Shown here piece after piece: positions 47,946-57,388 of a stretch of DNA of 64,000 bases. The DNA is taken from the NCBI GenBank assembly GCA_965277805.1, contig OZ255842.1, positions 1,920,001-1,984,000 of the forward strand. The letters are read 5' to 3'. The notes below the pieces were generated by a model, which had not been told where the DNA came from, did not search any database, and saw only the letters and a program-made list of their open reading frames with translations. How positions within the stretch are numbered: the first letter of the stretch is position 1; each line of letters opens with the position of its first letter. Source of the stretch: Candidatus Lustribacter sp. (GTDB lineage: Bacteria; Vulcanimicrobiota; Vulcanimicrobiia; Vulcanimicrobiales; Vulcanimicrobiaceae). Position numbers and translations under genes: made by a program.

Positions 47946-49841
47946 TTACGGCTTGAGCGGTAAGAGCGCGCGGACTTCGGTGCCGCCGCTGCCACGTGCC
48001 TCGACGGAAAGGTGCGCGGCGAGCGCCTGCATGAGGAACAGGCCACGGCCGTTTTCTTCGAGCGGCTCACGTGGCGCGGTTCCCGGCCGCCGGATTATTC
48101 CGGGGCCTTCGTCGCGGACGGTGATCGCGAGTCCCTCATGCAAACGATCGATGAGCACCTCGACCTGGCCGGGCGCGTGCTGGACCGCATTTGCCAGCGC
48201 TTCGCCCAAAATGATCTGCGCGGCGAAGACCGCGTCATCATCCATCTCGAGCAGTTTGGTGAGTTTCGCAAGATCCGATCGCGCGTTCCGCGCGGCCGTA
48301 TTATCACTCGAATGGAAGCGCCAATGGCTATGCGTACTGCGCTGCGCGACCAGCAAGACCACGTCGTCGAGCGGCTGCACGCTGCCGAGCACGGCGTCGA
48401 GCACCGCCCGTGCCGGAGCCTGCGCCGAGGCCGCATCTGCTAGGGACGCGATCGCGCGCTTGATCGCATCTTCGGCAGCCGGAATGTTGCGCGCGAACTC
48501 CGTCAGCCCGTCGCTATAGAATGCCAGCACGAAATTATGCGGTAATGCAATGCGCTGCGTCGTGACCTGCGGGTCATCGGCGACGCCCAATGGCAGCCCG
48601 CCCCACTGCAGCTCGACCGGCGGCGCGCCCCCGCCCGGTGCGAGAAACGGCGGCGGGTGGCCCGCCGTTGCGTAGCACAGCTCCGTGCATTCACGATCGA
48701 TGTAGCCGAAGATTGCGGTTGCATAAATATCGGGGTGTCCGAAGCGCAGCACGCGGTTGAGGATGGTGAGCACTTCGGCCGGATCGGACGAGGTGAGCGC
48801 GCCGATCGTTGCCGCTTGGCGCAGTTTGCCGGCCGTCACCGCAGCCGAAAGACCGTGACCCGTCACATCGCCGACGCAAATCAGCGTTCGGCCATCGGGC
48901 AGCTCCGCCGCATCATACCAGTCGCCGCCGACGAGCGCGCCCTCTTCGGCCGGCATGTAGGCCGCATCGAATCGAAGGTGCTTCGAGCGCGGAAGCGTCT
49001 GCGGCAGGACCGCCGCCTGCGCTTCCGCTTCTTTTTTGAGCGTGACGTCGGTTGCGGCACCGATCCACTCGGTGATTTCACCGTTCGCATCAAGCAACGG
49101 AACGGCGTGCGAGTGCGTCCAGCCGAGCGTTCCGTCGACGCGAATGACGCGGTATTCCAACTCAAACGGCGTCTTGGTTGCGATGGCCGCCTCGATGTGT
49201 GCCAAGACGCCGGCCTGATCGTCCGGATGGATATATTTCTTTAACCAGCTGCGGTTGGGCGCGGACGTGCTGACGATGAAGTCGCGGCCGTCGAGCCCGG
49301 ACATCTCGCTCCAGTCGGGATTCATGCGGTACGCGACGTCCGAACTCGTTGCGACGAAGGCGCGAAAGCGCTGCTCGCTCTCGTGCAGCGTTTGCTCCCG
49401 GCGCCGCCGTTCGATCAGATCGGCCGCCTGACGGGCCAGAATGTCGAGCAGCCGCAGTTCGTGTTCCGACGGCTGATGCGGGCGCGACCAATGCGTCGAG
49501 ATCATGCCGAGCAACTGGCCGGTACGCGAGAAGAGCGCCTTGGCTTCGGTGCTAACCCACTGCCGGTATTCTTCCACGTCCGGCCTGAAACCGCACGACG
49601 CTAAGAGTCGCAGTTCGCCGCTTGCTCCCCGTTCCGGAAAGAGCATCTGCAACGATCCGGCGTCGGAGGCCATGATCGTAACCGCGGCCTCAACGAACTT
49701 TTCGTATAGCGCGTCCACGTTCTCTTCGTGGATCATCATCGCACTCAACGATTGCAGCAGCTTCAATTCGGAGAGCTCGGACGGGTTCACGCGATAGACG
49801 TCCTCCAAATTCGTGGTTTGCCCGCTTTCAGGGAAGCTCAA
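47946..49841 (-). CDS. GAF(short)-PAS-PP2C/SpoIIE phosphatase with C-terminal RsbW-like kinase domain
   Basis: IHPDD, VGGDWYD, GDVTGHG, YSDGLTE, EALANAVQH, ENGRGLFLM. Confidence 0.85.
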   Translation of the reverse strand: MSFPESGQTTNLEDVYRVNPSELSELKLLQSLSAMMIHEENVDALYEKFVEAAVTIMASDAGSLQMLFPERGASGELRLLASCGFRPDVEEYRQWVSTEAKALFSRTGQLLGMISTHWSRPHQPSEHELRLLDILARQAADLIERRRREQTLHESEQRFRAFVATSSDVAYRMNPDWSEMSGLDGRDFIVSTSAPNRSWLKKYIHPDDQAGVLAHIEAAIATKTPFELEYRVIRVDGTLGWTHSHAVPLLDANGEITEWIGAATDVTLKKEAEAQAAVLPQTLPRSKHLRFDAAYMPAEEGALVGGDWYDAAELPDGRTLICVGDVTGHGLSAAVTAGKLRQAATIGALTSSDPAEVLTILNRVLRFGHPDIYATAIFGYIDRECTELCYATAGHPPPFLAPGGGAPPVELQWGGLPLGVADDPQVTTQRIALPHNFVLAFYSDGLTEFARNIPAAEDAIKRAIASLADAASAQAPARAVLDAVLGSVQPLDDVVLLVAQRSTHSHWRFHSSDNTAARNARSDLAKLTKLLEMDDDAVFAAQIILGEALANAVQHAPGQVEVLIDRLHEGLAITVRDEGPGIIRRPGTAPREPLEENGRGLFLMQALAAHLSVEARGSGGTEVRALLPLKP

Positions 49842-49866
49842 ACTGCGCCATCCGGATAGCTGAGCG

Positions 49867-50666
49867 CTAGCTTAATCTCATCGCGGCCGTTAACCGCAAC
49901 CGGCTCGCTTCATCCGGGATCTGCACGACGAGACCGGAGGTTGTTCCCGGATCGGTTAGCGTCAAGGCTTCGTAGGTGAACGCCCCGATAGCAGATTCGA
50001 TCGTGCACGTGTTCGTCACTTGCGGATCGCGGACTTCATAGGCGTTCCAGAGCTCGCGCGTTTCCGGTTGAGCGATGAGTTGGGCTCGGAGTGTTTGCAG
50101 AGCGAGCAAATGCGGGCGCCGTCCAACCGACGAGCGGAGCATTGCTACGACGGGCGCGATGTTCGAAACGAAATGGGGCCCGTGCAGCTCCCGCGCTCGC
50201 GGGTCGAGAAACAGCCGTTCAACGGCATTGAACGTGACTTCGCTTTCGGCCGCCAGACGCGGCGAAAGGCCGCGTTCGAGGCAAGCACATCCCACGACGC
50301 GGCGATGATGTAGGCGGGAAAACTCAGCGCCGTGAGCGTTTCGCGCAGCAGGACGCTTGGTTCTTTCAGTTCCTCGGCGGGGGTTACGCCGGTGAGCGTC
50401 ATGAGATAGTTACGCTCGGACTCCGAAAGGCGCAGCGCGTTCGCAACAGCGAGGACCGTTTGCTCCGAGACCCCGGCGGCGTCGCCGCTTTCGAGAGCGG
50501 TATACCATGAGACGCCGATGCCGGCGAGTGCGGCAACCTCTTCACGCCGCAGGCCGGGGACCCGTCGCCGTCCGGTTACGGCGATTCCGGCTTCAGCCGG
50601 GCTCAGGCGCGCTCTGCGGTCCTGCAGAAACCGGCGCAGCTCAAGTCGTTGCTCTCGATCGTTCAT
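49867..50666 (-). pseudogene. MmyB-type XRE regulator, frameshifted near 50250
   Basis: [16 protein letters not shown]...NAAFRRVW in one frame, AESEVTFNAVERLFLDP... in another. Confidence 0.75.
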
Positions 50667-50735
50667 CGTTACACTACCAAAGGTACGTTTGCGGGGCCGG
50701 TTTCTCCGGTCGCGCGCGGCGCCTATACTTGCGCT

Positions 50736-51134
50736 ATGAACATTCAGCGTGCGGGCTCGCAGCCATCAGCCAAGGGCCCTGGGGAACACTTTACCGGTTA
50801 CGTCCGGATCGATCCGTTATTCGCCGCCGAAGAGCCGGCTCGTGTTAGCGGCGGCGTGGTCACGTTTGAGCCGTGCGCGCGATCCGATTGGCATACGCAT
50901 CCGCTCGGTCAAAAGCTGATCGTTCTTTCGGGGTTCGGTCGCATTCAATCGTGGGGCGGTCCGATCGAAGAACTGCGGCCGGGTGACGTCGTCATCGCTG
51001 CGCCCGGCGAAAAGCACTGGCACGGTGCAGCTCCGGCAACAGCCATGACACACATCGCGATTCAAGAAGCGCTCGACGGCAAGAACGTCGATTGGCTCGA
51101 AAAGGTCAGCGACGAGCAGTACAACGCGAAATGA
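50736..51134 (+). CDS. Cupin domain protein
   Basis: [30 protein letters not shown] 6 nt before ATG. Confidence 0.85.
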   Translation: MNIQRAGSQPSAKGPGEHFTGYVRIDPLFAAEEPARVSGGVVTFEPCARSDWHTHPLGQKLIVLSGFGRIQSWGGPIEELRPGDVVIAAPGEKHWHGAAPATAMTHIAIQEALDGKNVDWLEKVSDEQYNAK

Positions 51135-52213
51135 AATATACGAAACTCGGCAGCGGCGGAGCCGTCGTCTCTAAGATCGCGCTCGGCACGATGTACTTCG
51201 GCGATGAGACGTCGCAAAACGACGCCTTTGCGATTCTCGATGCATTCCTCGAAGCGGGCGGCAATCTCATCGATACCGCCGACGTCTATGCCGGCAGTGC
51301 ATCCGAACTGACCATCGGCCGCTGGCTGGCAGCGCGTCCGAAGGACATCACGGATCGCGTCGTTCTCGCAACCAAGGGGCGCAGTACCAGCGGAACTGAC
51401 GTGAACGACGTCGGTCTGTCACGGCGTCATCTCCACCGCGCTTTGAATGGATCACTTCGCCGGCTGGGCGTTGAGACGATCGATCTCTACCAGATGCACG
51501 CATCCGACATGCACACACCGGTCGAAGAAACGCTTGCGTTTCTAGACGATGCGGTCAATGCCGGCAAGATTCTTTACGCCGGCCTTTCGAACTTTACCGG
51601 CTGGCAACTTCAGCTGTTCGTCTCCACGGCCAAAGCGATGGGAATCCAACCTCCGGTCACGCTGCAGCCGCAATACAGTCTGCTTTCACGGGAAATCGAA
51701 TGGGAGATCGTACCGGCTGCGCGCTATAACGGTCTTGGTTTGTTGCCCTGGTCTCCCCTCGCCGGTGGATTCCTTACCGGTAAGTATCAGCGCGGCAGCA
51801 CGCCTGAAGCGCAAACGCGGGCCGGATCGCAGAAGAATCTCTATCAGTGGACGTCGGAAGAATACGCGGAGAGCGATCGCAACTGGGCGACGATCGATAC
51901 GGTCGTTCGCATCGCGAATGAACTCGGCGTGCCGGTATCGCAGGTTGCACTGAGCTGGCTTGCGGATCGTCCCGGCGTCACCGCCCCCATCGTCGGCGCC
52001 CGCAGCTTGAAGCACCTCGCGGAAAATCTCGGTGCGCTCGATCTCACGCTCGATGCGAAGACGACGGCCGAGCTTGACGCCGTGAGCGCGCCAAAGCCGG
52101 GCGGGTATCCGTACGGGGCATTCGGCGCCTGGCAGCGCGGCCGCGATCTTCGAGATGGTGCCGGAGCTCCACCGGCGCCGTTTTCGGCCGGCTCAGATCA
52201 TCCGACCGGTTAG
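51131..52213 (+). CDS. Aldo/keto reductase
   Basis: IDTADVY, LATK, IDLYQMH, WSPLAGG; ATGA overlap. Confidence 0.9.
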   Translation: MKYTKLGSGGAVVSKIALGTMYFGDETSQNDAFAILDAFLEAGGNLIDTADVYAGSASELTIGRWLAARPKDITDRVVLATKGRSTSGTDVNDVGLSRRHLHRALNGSLRRLGVETIDLYQMHASDMHTPVEETLAFLDDAVNAGKILYAGLSNFTGWQLQLFVSTAKAMGIQPPVTLQPQYSLLSREIEWEIVPAARYNGLGLLPWSPLAGGFLTGKYQRGSTPEAQTRAGSQKNLYQWTSEEYAESDRNWATIDTVVRIANELGVPVSQVALSWLADRPGVTAPIVGARSLKHLAENLGALDLTLDAKTTAELDAVSAPKPGGYPYGAFGAWQRGRDLRDGAGAPPAPFSAGSDHPTG

Positions 52214-52222
52214 GCCGGCTCG

Positions 52223-54253
52223 TTATCGATCGAGCTGCCAAGCGTTCCAATAGTCGCGGCCGAGCGGGTTCGGCGTAAAGGCGGCGAGCGCGTTGCGCAC
52301 CACGTACGTTCGCCGTTCGAACCCGAGCGGAACGACCGGCAACTGCTCGATGAGGATGGCGCCCGCGTTCCGGTAGAACGGCGCGCGGGTTGACGGATCG
52401 TACGCCCGGGCGCCGCGCGCTTCGTCGCGGTCGTACGCGGCGTTGCAAAAGAACATGGAGTTGCCGCCGCCTGGCGGCGTTGCGGCGCACCCGAAGAGGT
52501 ACGAACGATCGGGATCGAGCGCCGGCGACCATGATGTCAGCGCTAGGTCGTAGTGCGCGCTCTCGAGCACGCCGCCACGGTCTTTCGGGCCCCAGAATTC
52601 GGCTTCGGTATACGAGCGAATGTGCACGGTAACGCCCGCGGCTTCGAGTTGTGAGGCGATCTGGATTGCGGCGCTTGCGCTGTTGCGCCAGGCTGATGCG
52701 ATCGCGAGATCGACGGTGAGATGTTCCGGCCGCAATGTTGCCGCTGCCGCCGTTGCGTTGTGCGCCGGAAGCCGCTGCGTCGTGCGGTACGTTGGATCGA
52801 GTTGAACGGAGTCGGTGGGCACGAGCGTGCCGCGATAGACGGCCGACGCCAACTTCTGCCGATCGATCGCCATAGCCATCGCGCGTCGCACGCGTATGTC
52901 TTGCAATGCCGGGGAGTGAAGGTTGAACTGCAGGTAGTCCACGACGTTTGTGATGCGGCTTAGGATGTGCGTGTCAGGCACCGTGCGCGCGACGTCCACG
53001 CCGAAGCCGGTGACTTCGGCTACGTCGAGTTCGCCCGTGCGTACTTGCACCAAACGCGTTTGCGCATCCGGCACGATCGCTACGTCGACGCGCGGGCTTG
53101 CTGCCGGACCACGCCAGTAGTAGGGGTTGCGTACGAATGATAAGCGTTGGCCGCGCTCCCAGCGCAGCAGACGGAACGGTCCGAGGCCGACGGGGTCCGT
53201 GTCGAGCGAACTTTGGTCGAGCGATGCGTACTTCGCTGCGATGTGGCGCGGCAGAATTGCGAACGGATCGTTTGCGCCGAGCGTGAGGAATGATGAGATG
53301 AAGGGCGCCGACGGCTGCTTCAGTTGCACGACGAGCGTGTCGGGTCGCGGGGCGGACCACCTCGCGACGTCGGCCACGGCCGAGGTGTCGGGGACTGCAG
53401 TCCGGGGATTGCGCAGCGCGTCGATCGTGAAGCCGACGTCGCGGGCGTCGAAGGGGGCGCCGTCGCTCCAGCGGCCGGTGCGGATGCGGTAGGTGATGCG
53501 GCGCCCGTCGGGTGAGATGCCGCCGTTGGCGCGGGTCGGGAGGGCGCGGGCGCGGTCGGGAATGAGACGGCCGCGGTCGTCGACGAGGAACAGGTAGCCC
53601 TGGGTGAGCGGCGCCAGCAGCCAGCCGAACGGGGTATTGCGGATGGTGTTGAGCGAGTTGGGCTCGTCCTCGAGGACGAGAGTGGGGGGCCGGGAGAGCT
53701 CAGCCGCGGCAGCCGGCGTGATCCACGACGTCTTCTTGGGGAGGTAGTGCTGTTCGGCGGCGGCCATTTCGGCGGCGATGTTGGGGTTGAAGCCGAGCCA
53801 TTTGGCGCGCTGGTTGCCCTGCGGGTCGATGACGACCATCGAGGGGAAGGCTTGGATGCCGAAGGCTTCGGCGGCGGTTTGGTCCGGATCGAGGGCGACT
53901 TTTTCCATGGGGTGGGTGCGGGCGAAGGCGGCGACCAGCGGGGCCGGCTCGCCGACGTCGACCGAGATCACGTCGACCTCGGGGTGGGCTTTGGCGAAGG
54001 CCTGGATCAGGGGGATCGACTGCTGGCACGGCTCGCACCAGGTGGCCCAGAAATCGAGATAGGTCAGGCGGCCGTGCTGGCGGTCGATCGCGAAACGGCC
54101 GCCGTCGAGCGTGGTGAGGGCCACCGGCGGGGCCGGGACGATGGCATTTTCGGCTAGCCGGGGCGCGACGAAGAACTCGAAGAGCGCGAAAAGGACGATC
54201 AGGGCCGCGAGGACGTCGAGCCCGCGCGCGACCCACCGGCGAGCCGAAGACAT
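52223..54253 (-). CDS. Fusion: TM-TlpA/thioredoxin domain plus family-5 (peptide) ABC substrate-binding domain
   Basis: DFWATWCEPC, then EPNSLN, ISPDGRRITY..WSDGAPF, PVGLGPF. Confidence 0.8.
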   Translation of the reverse strand: MSSARRWVARGLDVLAALIVLFALFEFFVAPRLAENAIVPAPPVALTTLDGGRFAIDRQHGRLTYLDFWATWCEPCQQSIPLIQAFAKAHPEVDVISVDVGEPAPLVAAFARTHPMEKVALDPDQTAAEAFGIQAFPSMVVIDPQGNQRAKWLGFNPNIAAEMAAAEQHYLPKKTSWITPAAAAELSRPPTLVLEDEPNSLNTIRNTPFGWLLAPLTQGYLFLVDDRGRLIPDRARALPTRANGGISPDGRRITYRIRTGRWSDGAPFDARDVGFTIDALRNPRTAVPDTSAVADVARWSAPRPDTLVVQLKQPSAPFISSFLTLGANDPFAILPRHIAAKYASLDQSSLDTDPVGLGPFRLLRWERGQRLSFVRNPYYWRGPAASPRVDVAIVPDAQTRLVQVRTGELDVAEVTGFGVDVARTVPDTHILSRITNVVDYLQFNLHSPALQDIRVRRAMAMAIDRQKLASAVYRGTLVPTDSVQLDPTYRTTQRLPAHNATAAAATLRPEHLTVDLAIASAWRNSASAAIQIASQLEAAGVTVHIRSYTEAEFWGPKDRGGVLESAHYDLALTSWSPALDPDRSYLFGCAATPPGGGNSMFFCNAAYDRDEARGARAYDPSTRAPFYRNAGAILIEQLPVVPLGFERRTYVVRNALAAFTPNPLGRDYWNAWQLDR

Positions 54254-54299
54254 GTTTCCCGGAGGTTCGCACCTATTGCAACGCGCATCCTACTCCTCG

Positions 54300-55247
54300 A
54301 TGCCTAGCAACCGTGCAGCGTCGGTGACCCTCGACGCGCGCGCCCTGCCCGCGACCAATCGAACGATGCGCATTTTTGATGCCTTCGATAAGTTGCCGGT
54401 CGGAGCAATACTCGAACTTAATGAAGAGAGCGACCCGCGCTCGCTGCGAAATGAATTTCAGCAGTACCGGGCGGGACGCTTTTCCTGGGACGCGCGTAAC
54501 CACGGCTCCGGCCGCTGGACGATTCGTCTCGAGCGGATCGACGAGCGCGCCGACACGCCGACCTTTCTTTCACACTGTCCGCCGTTTGCTTCGGCCAAAC
54601 AGGCGACCATCGCCGAACTGGCCGCGCTCGCGACCGAGCGCAGCTACCGCGCCGGCGAGACGATCTTTGACGAGGGCGAGGTTTGGCCGTACCTCGGTTT
54701 CGTGCGCAGCGGCAAGGTCGTCTACACGCTGCTCTCGCCCGACGGCAAGACGCACGCGCTCGGCGAGCGGCTCACGCACGATTCGATCAACGAATCCGGC
54801 ACCTTCGATCAGGGCGGCTCGACCACGCGTGCTGAGGCGCTCACGGATTGCACGCTCGTGCTGTTGCCGGCGGAAGCCGTGCTGCACGCGGTGCGAAACG
54901 ACGCGGAACTCGGGCTCGGCTTTCTTGCCGCGGCTTCGCAGGCGCGGCGGCGTTCGATCGACACGATTGCCGATCTTGCGTTCGCGCACGTGCTGCAGCG
55001 CGTCGCGAAGTTCCTGATGTCGTACGCGCCGGCGACCACCGGCATGGCATCGGGCTTGCCGGGCGTGGAGAATCTTTCGCAGGCGCAAATTGCGGCGGCT
55101 GCCGGAACGGTTCGCGATATGGCGGCGCGCGCGTTGATCCGGTTGAAGAATGCGAACGCGGTGGAACTCGATCGCGGACGCGTGCGTTCGATCGATCGCG
55201 CGCGGCTCGAGGCGTTTGCCCACGGCGTTCAAGCTCCGCCCGTCTAG
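54300..55247 (+). CDS. Crp/Fnr-family regulator with N-terminal DUF2249-like domain
   Basis: LDARAL..RIFDAFDKL..DPRSL..FSW..WTIRL; IFDEGE; LSQAQIAAAAGTVRD HTH. Confidence 0.8.
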   Translation: MPSNRAASVTLDARALPATNRTMRIFDAFDKLPVGAILELNEESDPRSLRNEFQQYRAGRFSWDARNHGSGRWTIRLERIDERADTPTFLSHCPPFASAKQATIAELAALATERSYRAGETIFDEGEVWPYLGFVRSGKVVYTLLSPDGKTHALGERLTHDSINESGTFDQGGSTTRAEALTDCTLVLLPAEAVLHAVRNDAELGLGFLAAASQARRRSIDTIADLAFAHVLQRVAKFLMSYAPATTGMASGLPGVENLSQAQIAAAAGTVRDMAARALIRLKNANAVELDRGRVRSIDRARLEAFAHGVQAPPV

Positions 55248-57366
55248 GGGCGGCAAAGCCCTCGTTGCGTTTGCTGCGCTAACGGCGCTGCTTGCGGCCG
55301 GCCCGGGCGGGCTCTTCTATCCGCCGACGCCCGTGCATCCGGTGGTAGATCACTACTTCGGTCATGCGGTCGTCGATCCGTATCGCTGGCTCGAAGACGG
55401 CAACGCGCCGGCGGTGAAGGCATGGGTTGGACGGCAAACGGCACTCGCGCTGGGCTTCCTGCACACCGAGCCGTCGTATCCGATCTACGCACAACGCGTC
55501 GCGGTGCTCGCTCATACGGCGACCCAGCGTTTCGGCTTGCGGATGGCCGGCGGAAATTACGTTTACTTGCGGCAAACGCCGCCGCAACTGCAACCGCAGC
55601 TCGTCGTGCGCGACGGCATTCGCGGCGCGGAACGGGTGCTATTCGATCCGCAGGCGGTTGCCGATCCCGGTGCAGCGCCGCCGGCGATCGAGACGATCGC
55701 GCTCTCGTTCGACGGCGCGAAGGTCGCGTTCACGACGCAACAGGGCGGCGCGGAAAACGAAACGATTCACGTCGTCGACACGGCGACGGGCACGATGCTC
55801 AGCGATACGATCGAGAACGCGGGCGGCGGCACGTCGCCCGTTGCGCTATTGTGGGATGGCGACGGTAACGGCTTTCTGCACACGCAATGGCCGCGCGCAA
55901 CGGACGGCTCACCCGCCAACTCGCACATCGAGATCTGGCACCACGTGCTCGGTGCCGACGCGGCCGGCGACACCTACGTCTTCGGCCGCGGCCTCTCGGC
56001 GCGCGCGGAGTATTCGCTGCTCGGATCGGCCGACGGTAAGTATCAGGCGATCTTCGAAACCGATGGCGACGGCGTGCACGGATCGATCTACGAACGGCCG
56101 GCCGACGGAACGTTTGCGCGCGTGGCAACGCCGGCTGCGGCGATCGGGTCGAGCGGCGCTCCCGCATCACGCTTCAGCGGAGATCGGCTGCTCGTCATTT
56201 CCGCGCAGCGTTCGCCGTTCGGTGAGGTCGTCGGCATCGATCCCGGGTCGACGTTCGAGCACGGCACGGTGCTCGTTCCGGCGAGCGCGAACGCGATCGA
56301 GCGAGTGCTGCCGGTACGCGGCGGCTTTCTCACGCTCGACAACGACGGCGGCGATTCGGCGGCGCGCTTCTTCAGCAATGACGGGAGGCACAAGACGTTG
56401 CCGCTGCCGCCGCAAGTGGCGATCACCGATGCGGCCGCCAATCTCGCCGGCAGCGATGTCGTGCTCGGGCTGACGGGTTACGGCGCGCCCTCGGTTTGGA
56501 TGCGCTACGATCCAGCGACCAACGCGTTCGGTCTTACGGGCATCCGCACGCTCGCGCCCGGCGACTTCTCGGAACTGATCGTGCGCCGTTCGTTCGTTCG
56601 CTCGCTCGACGGCACGGTGCGCATCCCGGTGGAGATCGTCTCGCTCCCGCGGGCGAAGCACGACGGCACCGCCCCGACGATCCTCTACGCATATGGAGCA
56701 TACGGGATCATTACGCGGCCGCATTTCATCGGCTCGATGCTCGCGTTTCTCGAGCGCGGCGGAGTGTACGCGCAAGCCATGGTTCGCGGCGGCGGCGAGT
56801 ACGGCGAACAATGGCACCTCGCGGCGAAATTGGCGACGAAAACGAAAAGCTCCGACGACTTAGCGGCCGTAGCGGCGTGGCTCGGCACGCACGGCTACGG
56901 TACGTCGCGGCACTTGGGCATCCTCGGCGGCAGCGCCGGCGGCTTCTTGATGGGGCTCGCGCTCACGCGCAATCCGGAGCATTACCGGGCCGTGCTCTCG
57001 GAGGTCGGCTTTTACGATCTGCTGCGCTCGGAGCGCACGCCGAACGGGGCGTACAATACGCCGGAGTTCGGAACGGTCAAGGATCCGGCGCAGTTCGCGT
57101 GGATGGTGAAGCAGTCGGCCTATCAGAACGTCGTCACCGGCCGTAAGTATCCGGCCGTGCTGATGACGACGGCTGAAAACGACCCGCGCGTGAACCCGTA
57201 TGAGTCGCGCAAGATGATCGCCCGCTTGCAGGCGGCATCGGCCGCGCCGTACCCGATTCTGTTATGGCAGAAGGCCGGACAAGGACACGGCATCTTCAAC
57301 TCGTACGCGCAACACGTGGCCGATACGGTCGCCACGCTTACGTGGTTCGATTCCCAATTGCGCTGA
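55216..57366 (+). CDS. Secreted prolyl oligopeptidase (S9A), start uncertain
   Basis: DPYRWLED, RGGGEYG, GGSAGG, NDPRV, GHG. Confidence 0.9.
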   Translation: MPTAFKLRPSRGGKALVAFAALTALLAAGPGGLFYPPTPVHPVVDHYFGHAVVDPYRWLEDGNAPAVKAWVGRQTALALGFLHTEPSYPIYAQRVAVLAHTATQRFGLRMAGGNYVYLRQTPPQLQPQLVVRDGIRGAERVLFDPQAVADPGAAPPAIETIALSFDGAKVAFTTQQGGAENETIHVVDTATGTMLSDTIENAGGGTSPVALLWDGDGNGFLHTQWPRATDGSPANSHIEIWHHVLGADAAGDTYVFGRGLSARAEYSLLGSADGKYQAIFETDGDGVHGSIYERPADGTFARVATPAAAIGSSGAPASRFSGDRLLVISAQRSPFGEVVGIDPGSTFEHGTVLVPASANAIERVLPVRGGFLTLDNDGGDSAARFFSNDGRHKTLPLPPQVAITDAAANLAGSDVVLGLTGYGAPSVWMRYDPATNAFGLTGIRTLAPGDFSELIVRRSFVRSLDGTVRIPVEIVSLPRAKHDGTAPTILYAYGAYGIITRPHFIGSMLAFLERGGVYAQAMVRGGGEYGEQWHLAAKLATKTKSSDDLAAVAAWLGTHGYGTSRHLGILGGSAGGFLMGLALTRNPEHYRAVLSEVGFYDLLRSERTPNGAYNTPEFGTVKDPAQFAWMVKQSAYQNVVTGRKYPAVLMTTAENDPRVNPYESRKMIARLQAASAAPYPILLWQKAGQGHGIFNSYAQHVADTVATLTWFDSQLR

Positions 57367-57388
57367 TACGGATCACCGAGCTCTGATA

